Positions 57,498 through 64,000 of a stretch of DNA of 64,000 nucleotides are shown in pieces. Where the stretch lies: positions 1,350,132-1,414,131 of the forward strand of contig JAWQFM010000010.1 of assembly GCA_033442325.1 (NCBI GenBank), in the 5' to 3' direction. The notes beneath the pieces are model-generated. The model was not told the origin of the DNA. It saw nothing but the letters and a program-made list of their open reading frames with translations, and did no database searches. Both the position numbers and the translations under genes were made by a program. Source of the DNA: Salpingoeca rosetta. Its lineage: Eukaryota; Protista; Choanoflagellata. The number at the start of each line of letters is the position of its first letter. Position 1 is the stretch's first letter.

Positions 57498-59831
57498 GCA
57501 TTTCTGCTGTGCAGAAAGCACTTGCGCGTGCTTGACCGCTTGCCTGCCTGCTTATGAACTTTGCAAGTGCGTACGTGGTACTGGCGCCCCTTTCCTCCGA
57601 GTGACCACTGTTCGTGTTTCAACCTGCAGGGGCTGTCCCACGCAATTGCCGCCGTCCTGTTCAACCGGCGCCACGGAAACGCGTCGCATATTGGCGTCTG
57701 GCCCTGCCCTGTTGCGCGTTTTCCGGACATTTGGACCTTCTGGGCAACGTTGCATGACAGGGATTGCGCTTACCACCCATCCGACTCTGCATCGTCATCA
57801 GGTGCAGTTTTGTGTCCGTGCGTGCGTAGTTAGTGACCATGTCTGCTTGTGTGTGCGTGTGCTTGTGTGTGTGTGTGCATGCATGTTGAGCACAGAACTT
57901 GCTCGAGCGCCCACACGCGCGCACACATACACGCACGCACACTCCTTCTCACACACTGCGGTGTTGTGGTGTTTGCAGGGCTGTTTCCCCTTCACTTTAC
58001 CAGCGAGGGCGACGGATCGTGCACGCTCGTTGCGTTGTCGTCTGCGCCAGAACGCCTGGAGGAGCTGTGGAGCGTATCTCACGGCGTGTCGGCGCTCTGC
58101 ATACCGCGCGCGCACATCAAGGATGCGCCATCCGCTGGCCTGCACCCGTCCCTCAGACGTATCTGGGTTGGCAGGTGTGTGGTGTGTATGTGTGTGTGTG
58201 TTAGAGACAGGGCTGTAGAACGAGAAGAGAACGATCAATGAACGTGGACATAGATGCGTGTTCATGCCATTGTTGTGCCAACTCGAAGGACATCTGTGCT
58301 CGTCGTGAAGCCTTTCCTGATACGCACACGCGCTCATGCAAGCTCACGCACATGTGCTTGCGTGCCTGTTCCTTGTATCGCGTGTCCAGTGCACGACCGG
58401 AATACCGATTGGAAACACAGCGGTACCGCCTGCCCAACCGGTGCCTGGCGTTGATGCGTGCAGGCACGGACGTCATCGTGTTGCCGGGCAACCACGCCCC
58501 GACGCGCGAGTACTGGGAGTTTGTGCGCGATGTGAAGGGGTTGAGCGAGGAGCAGGCCATCTTCACCAGCAACGAGCACTTTGTGCTCGACAACGACATG
58601 TTGGGCGCGCCATTGGCACAGCTCGCTCACATCGTAGAAGCAAACCCAGACGTAGGCTCCCCATGTGTGTGTGTGTGTGTGTGCGTGTAGTGTTAGTCTT
58701 GGGATCATGACCTATTGTTGGTTGCATTTACCACACACACACACATGCGTGCTCACCGACACACACACACACACACACACACACTCATACACACACGCGC
58801 ACACACACACACACATACTCATACACACACGCGCGCGCACACACACTCGCGCACATCATTGGCTCACCTCGCACACGCGTGCTGTAACCTGCCACAGGAT
58901 ACGTTTTGCCTCCTTCCCTATTGCGTGACGCCAGGGTTTGAGGAGTGGGCAGGCCACCTGCTCCGTAACCACAGCAACGTCGTGGTGTGCGGCGACGCGA
59001 GCGCGTGGGTGGATGTGTATGGGCACAAGGGCATCCTGCACCGCCACGTGGCGCGCCCGCACGAGGCGTCTGTGATTGAGCGGGCCACACCCCACGTCAG
59101 GGTTGCACGGGGATTCACGTGCGACACGGTGGACGACCTGCTGCTCGCATATGATCTCCTCGGCGATGATAAGGCGGTGATCAAGCCTGTGTTTGGAGCG
59201 GCGGGCGAAGGCATCGTGTTCGTGTCGAGTGCAGCGGAGCTGACGGCGTACACGTTCCCGATGGGGCAAGTCAGCCTGGAGGAGTTTCTTCCCCTAGACA
59301 AGGCGGACGATGACATGGAGATTGCGCCCGCCATTCACTACATGGCGGTCAGTGCAGCCGTGTTTGTTTGTATGTGGATGTGTGCATGTGTGTAACGTGT
59401 GTTTGTATGTGTGCATGTGTGTAACGTGTGTGTTTGTATGTGTGCATGTGTGTGTAACGTGTGTATTTGTGCTGGTGTGTGTTTGTGATAGTGCGTGTAT
59501 GAGCGCTGCACATGCTATTGCTGTTGCCTTGCTTCGATATTGCCTTTCCTCCTCATCACCGACACATTCACTCACACATGCGAGCTCTGTTCACTGATTG
59601 CAGAAAGAGGTGATTGGCACGTGCCTTGTTGATCAGCTCATGCAGTCGACGGCGTACTGTGGGTGGAGAGCCTCTGTCACCGCACCTGCATTCCAGCAGA
59701 TATGCATGGATGCCACACAGGCCATTCTTGGCGCCACCTCTCCCACAGGGCCGGGTGGCTTTGATTTTCTCTCCGTTGGCGGTAACCCCGTTCTCACAGA
59801 TGTGAACACAGGTGCGTGTGCACCATGTGCG

Positions 59832-59886
<55 letters not shown>

Positions 59887-60399
59887 TGTGTGTGTGTCTG
59901 TGTGTGTGTCAGTGTGTCAGTGTGTGTGTGTGTGTTAGTGTGTGTGTGTGCGTATGCGTGTGTGTCACCTCAGCACCTCTCTCTGTCTGCGTTCATTGCA
60001 GCGTTGTTTTGTTTGCTTTCAGGGTGCTATGTCGTGCAGTGCCGCCTCCCACCCTCACTCCCACACGTTTGCGTCTGCGTGCATTCAGGCCGCTTCAACG
60101 GCGCCCATTTCCCTAAACTCTTTCTGGAGGCCAATAGCCCAGGCCGGAGGTTTTACTCCTTCAAGTTCAAGCCGGGCCAGGACTTGTGCATCCGTGATGT
60201 GTGGACCGCGTTTGAGGCGCAAGGCATCCAGTTTGTGCCTGGCGAGAGCGATGTGGGCGTGTTTCCCATTGTGTACCTGCGCGGACTTGCCGCCCTCTTC
60301 ATTGCCATTGCGGAGACGGACGAGGAAGCACACGCCCTTCATCTTCGCGCCGTGGCGTGCCTGACGCAGCTGCAAGATGCTTCTGGCGCTCCTGCTTGA
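55765..60399 (+). CDS. Internally duplicated pre-ATP-grasp/ATP-grasp protein (degenerate N-terminal copy, intact-looking C-terminal copy), about 9 exons
   Basis: C-terminal copy has RVARGFTC, AVIKPVFGAAGEGIVFV, LEEF, GPGGFDFL..LTDVNTG/RFNG, i.e. ATP-grasp ligase motifs. N-terminal exons align segment by segment to the same module. Confidence 0.8.
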
Positions 60400-60426
60400 C
60401 ATTGTGTGTGTGTGTGTTGTGTGTGT

Positions 60427-60481
<55 letters not shown>

Positions 60482-60779
60482 TCTGTGTGTCTGTGTGTCT
60501 GTGTGTGTGATTGCGGATTGAAGAGAGAACTGCAGTTGATTGTGGGCGGGTGTAATGACCGCGGGCGACACGCAGAACGAGGTTTGAACTGCGCACGACC
60601 GCGGTCTGCGCACCCATCGAATCGCAAAAAGAAAAAAAAACGGGGGGAAGAAGGATAATCACCAGAGCAAGCAATGAAGGAGAGAAGGAGAGGCGACAAA
60701 GCAAGCAAGCAAGCAAGCAGACAACGAATGGCCAGGCACGCGAATCGCACGGCCAGCAAGAGAGCAAGAGGACGACGGC

Positions 60780-60975
60780 ATGGAACACGCATCATTGTTA
60801 TCATATCCAGCGCACGAACAGATGAGCGGAGAGACAATGAAGAGGGCGAAGGCGAGGGCAAGAGCAAGGCGGACGCCAGCACGCGGGAGACATCCGTTCC
60901 GGCGCAGTTCCACGAGTTTGTTGGTTGGAGCGTCCAGAGTCATGGAACGGTGCGAGTCGCAGTCCGTTCAACCAG
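60780..60975 (+). CDS. Possible first exon of an unidentified gene running into the gap (start and frame uncertain; ATG at 60674 is an alternative)
   Basis: GC-rich open frames ending at CAG|GTGCGT followed by a GT-rich tract, like other 5' splice sites in this window. No recognisable motif. Confidence 0.35.
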
Positions 60976-61524
60976 GTGCGTCGTGTATGTGTGCGTGTGC
61001 ATGTGTGTNNNNNNNNNNNNNNNNNNNNNNNNNNNNNNNNNNNNNNNNNNNNNNNNNNNNNNNNNNNNNNNNNNNNNNNNNNNNNNNNNNNNNNNNNNNN
61101 NNNNNNNNNNNNNNNNNNNNNNNNNNNNNNNNNNNNNNNNNNNNNNNNNNNNNNNNNNNNNNNNNNNNNNNNNNNNNNNNNNNNNNNNNNNNNNNNNNNN
61201 NNNNNNNNNNNNNNNNNNNNNNNNNNNNNNNNNNNNNNNNNNNNNNNNNNNNNNNNNNNNNNNNNNNNNNNNNNNNNNNNNNNNNNNNNNNNNNNNNNNN
61301 NNNNNNNNNNNNNNNNNNNNNNNNNNNNNNNNNNNNNNNNNNNNNNNNNNNNNNNNNNNNNNNNNNNNNNNNNNNNNNNNNNNNNNNNNNNNNNNNNNNN
61401 NNNNNNNNNNNNNNNNNNNNNNNNNNNNNNNNNNNNNNNNNNNNNNNNNNNNNNNNNNNNNNNNNNNNNNNNNNNNNNNNNNNNNNNNNNNNNNNNNNNN
61501 NNNNNNNNNNNNNNNNNNNNNNNN

Positions 61525-61728
61525 ACATGCGCACACACGCATATCTCGCACCCTCTTTTCACATACATGGGCACACACACAACCACCCATATTCCGCACC
61601 CTTTCTCACATACATGCGCACACACACAACCACCCATATCCGCACCCTCTTCTCACATACATGCGCACACACACAACCACGCACATCCGCACCCTCTTCT
61701 CACATACATGCGCACACACACACAACCA
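61525..61728. repeat. 47-bp minisatellite (about 4+ copies) in a Fanzor intron
   Basis: Unit acatacatgcgcacacacacaaccacccatatccgcaccctcttctc starts at 61561, 61608, 61655 and 61702, with a partial degenerate copy at the gap edge. Confidence 0.85.
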
Positions 61729-61747
61729 TGCACATTCATGCACATAC

Positions 61748-64000
61748 CTCGTTTGCTCGTCAATGCGGTTTGGCCAGGCACAGCAGAGGGAATACTTTGT
61801 CGTCCTGAACTCCTCCACAATTTTTGTGTCGACCCGGCAGCCGATGGCGCGGCGTAGCTCCAGGATGGGAGCCTTTGTCCCTCCGCCGCGACCCTTATGG
61901 ACGCTGGGAGCAGGAGGCAAGAGAGGCAAGAGGCGAGTTCAGTTGGGCTTTTGTCGGTGTGGCGTGACCGTTGGATGTGGGCAAGGGTGCATTGTTGTGC
62001 GTGTGTATGTGTGTGCGTGTGTGTGTGTGTGTGCTTACCAGTCTCCGAAGAACACCCGACAGTCGCGTCCAAAGCGTGTCGCAAGCTCGCCGGCGACTCT
62101 GCTTCGGAAGCGACAGTGCTTCAGCTTCTCATGAAGCCTCCACTTCAACTCTCGCCTGCTCACACCTTCCCTCAAACACTCCCTCGCAGACGCAACCACA
62201 TCGTCCACGCTCCCTGGCTCCGCACCCCCGCCCTGCTCTTCCCNNNNNNNNNNNNNNNNNNNNNNNNNNNNNNNNNNNNNNNNNNNNNNNNNNNNNNNNN
62301 NNNNNNNNNNNNNNNNNNNNNNNNNNNNNNNNNNNNNNNNNNNCGCTCTTCCTCTCCCTTGTCCCTGCCTTCCTGCCCCTCTCCCTTGTCCCTGCCTCCC
62401 TGCTCCTCCTGCTGCTGTCGTCTCAGCTGCTCCTCCTTCTCAATCCGTGCCTTCTCTTTCCTGCGCCTGCTCCTCTCCCTCTTCGTCCGCTTGCCCCGCT
62501 CCCTCTTCTTCCTGCGTGACCCCGTCTCCCCCTTCCCCATCGCCCCTCCCTGCTCCCCACCCTCGTCGCTACCCCCTGACCTTGCTGGCACTGTCGCCGT
62601 TGGCTTGTGGTGTCGCCGTCCCCGCCCCGTATAAAGCTGGTTCACTATTCGCTTCTGCGACACCATCATTTTTTTGCCGTCTTGGATCCGAACGCAGGCA
62701 AGCGGGATGCGGGTGCCTGGGTCGACCCCAACCACGGGTGTGATGGGGCTGGTGTCGCAGACGGTGTCGCGGCGCGCGCTGGGCTCCACCAGGAGGTATG
62801 CTGTGTAGCCGTCCGTCCTGATGGACGTGACGCGACGCTTCCGGAACTGCCTGGCCACGTCTGCTCCGAGGAAATCGAGGAGGGACAGAGCTTGCCTTGG
62901 CGGTGGTCGCACTGCGGCAGGCTGTCGGCACTGGCGCTGGGAGTGGCCGAGGCGGCCACACTTGAAGCAGGTCAGGTCCCGTAGTAGTCCTGCGTCTAGT
63001 TGTATGAAAGGGTGCTTGTTTGTGAATGTGGGGAATATCTTGAGCGAGGTCAAGTCGGTGTCGGGCGGTGCAAGGGTCCTCGCAAGATGCTGCGCGGCGC
63101 CGATGTAGAGGGCCAGCTCGGCCGTGTGCTCACATGCGAAGCGCGCGCCTTCGTCATGGTGCTCCGCCACCTTCTTTAGTTGCCGTTGAGCAGCTCTCGC
63201 CTTGTTCTTGAGATCCCGTTGGAGGAGCGGGGTGAACTCCTTGGACGCCAGGTTCAGCAGCTTGTATGCCTAAGTGGTGAGGATGAGCACATGCATGCGC
63301 GCGTGTGAGTTGGTTGTGTGTGCGTGTGTATGAGTTGGTTGTGTGTGTCGCGTTGGTCGAGCGGGGACACACACCGCGATGCATGATGTAGCAACAGCAG
63401 GCATGGGAGTAGGGTCATCAAGCAGACAAGGCAAACACGCAAGCATGCGCACAGACATACCATGGTGGCCGTCATCCATTTCGGTGGGTCCGGTATCCCC
63501 ACGCCGTGCTGTCGGAGGATTGACAGCATCGGATGCTGGCTATGTTTTTTGTGGTTGCGCAGTGTGGTGAAGAGGTTGCTTAGCTTGTCTGCTGTCAGCT
63601 GTGGCGCCAAGTGCTGGAAGCAGTAGGCAGGTCTTGGGGATTTGCCTGTGGCTGCTGCTGTGACTGTTGTTGCAGTGGCGGGCGGTGTTGTTGCTGCGGC
63701 TGCTGTTGCTGTGGCTGCTGTTGTTGCTGCTGCACCTTTTGCCCTCTTGCACGGGTTGTCAGACGGCGACGCCGCTCGGGACTTCTTGTGGTCCTTCTTC
63801 TTCTTCTTCTTCTTGAGGTCCTCGACGCCTTCGGCACGCTCCTGGGCCTCGCGGAAGGCGACCTTGCGCTCCACAATTTCCTTTCTTGTGGTCTGGGCGA
63901 GGTCCGCCAGAGTGGAGAGGATTTCCCGGTGGTGTTGTTCCGCAGTGCGCAGAATGTGCAGGTAGAGTGCCGTGGTTGCAGTGCACTTCATCTGCCCAGC
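61748..64000 (-). CDS. Fanzor1 / TnpB-like RuvC RNA-guided nuclease, intron-containing, partial at both ends
   Basis: Spliced exons >=63991-63461, 63269-62039 (with a 100-N gap) and 61903-61748 encode FPTFTNKHPFIQLD, SIRTDGY, VVGVDPG (RuvC-I D at 62721-62723), RELKWRLHEK..ELATRFGRDCRVFFGD, KAPILELRRAI and IVEEFRTTKYSLCC (RuvC-II E at 61810-61812, then the start of the Zn ribbon). Confidence 0.85.

Larger units (their letters stand above)
61009..64000 (-). mobile_element. Probable Fanzor-carrying transposon (or domesticated remnant); termini not visible
   Basis: Inferred only from the Fanzor ORF, since Fanzor1 genes are usually cargo of DNA transposons. No transposase, TIR or TSD is identifiable in the window. 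Confidence 0.4.

Noticed and set aside
60801-61008. Minus-strand WLNGLRL... as the final Fanzor exon
   Set aside because: There is no AG acceptor before it and no RuvC-III Asp motif after it. A plus-strand donor explains the region better.
61525-61728. Possible CRISPR-like or guide array next to the Fanzor
   Set aside because: The units are contiguous 47-bp tandem copies with no unique spacers.
62928-62969. Retrotransposon gag gene suggested by the zinc knuckle
   Set aside because: The knuckle is embedded in frame between Fanzor motifs, and no protease, RT, integrase or LTR is visible in the window.

Overview
Eukaryotic, gene-dense genomic scaffold with seven N gaps, GC-rich exons and introns full of (GT)n/(CA)n microsatellites. 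This style, plus animal-like orthologues, suggests a choanoflagellate such as Salpingoeca (inference, not shown by the sequence). Most entries in the six-frame ORF track (VCVCVC/HTHTHT) are microsatellite artefacts, so gene models were rebuilt by reading exons and GT-AG junctions by eye. Genes in order: 3' end of a CRAL-TRIO-like gene; NSUN3/4-type RNA m5C methyltransferase (-); holocytochrome c synthase (+); MFSD5-type transporter (-); an intronless ~1760-aa type II membrane protein fusing a GT32 (A4GALT-like) and a GT6 (ABO-like) glycosyltransferase (+); membrane FKBP (-); WDR7/rabconnectin-3 beta (-); ankyrin-tailed glutaminase A (+); ANKRD54-like (+); mitochondrial PPR protein (-); DHHC palmitoyltransferase (+); modular ankyrin-repeat protein (+); glutaminase B (+); an internally duplicated ATP-grasp protein (+); an orphan first exon; and, at the right end, an intron-containing Fanzor1/TnpB-like RuvC nuclease (-) with an inserted CCHC zinc knuckle. 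Most notable: the Fanzor locus, the GT32-GT6 fusion sitting head-to-head with MFSD5, the tandem pseudo/active ATP-grasp enzyme, and a 133-bp identical tract shared by the two diverged glutaminases.
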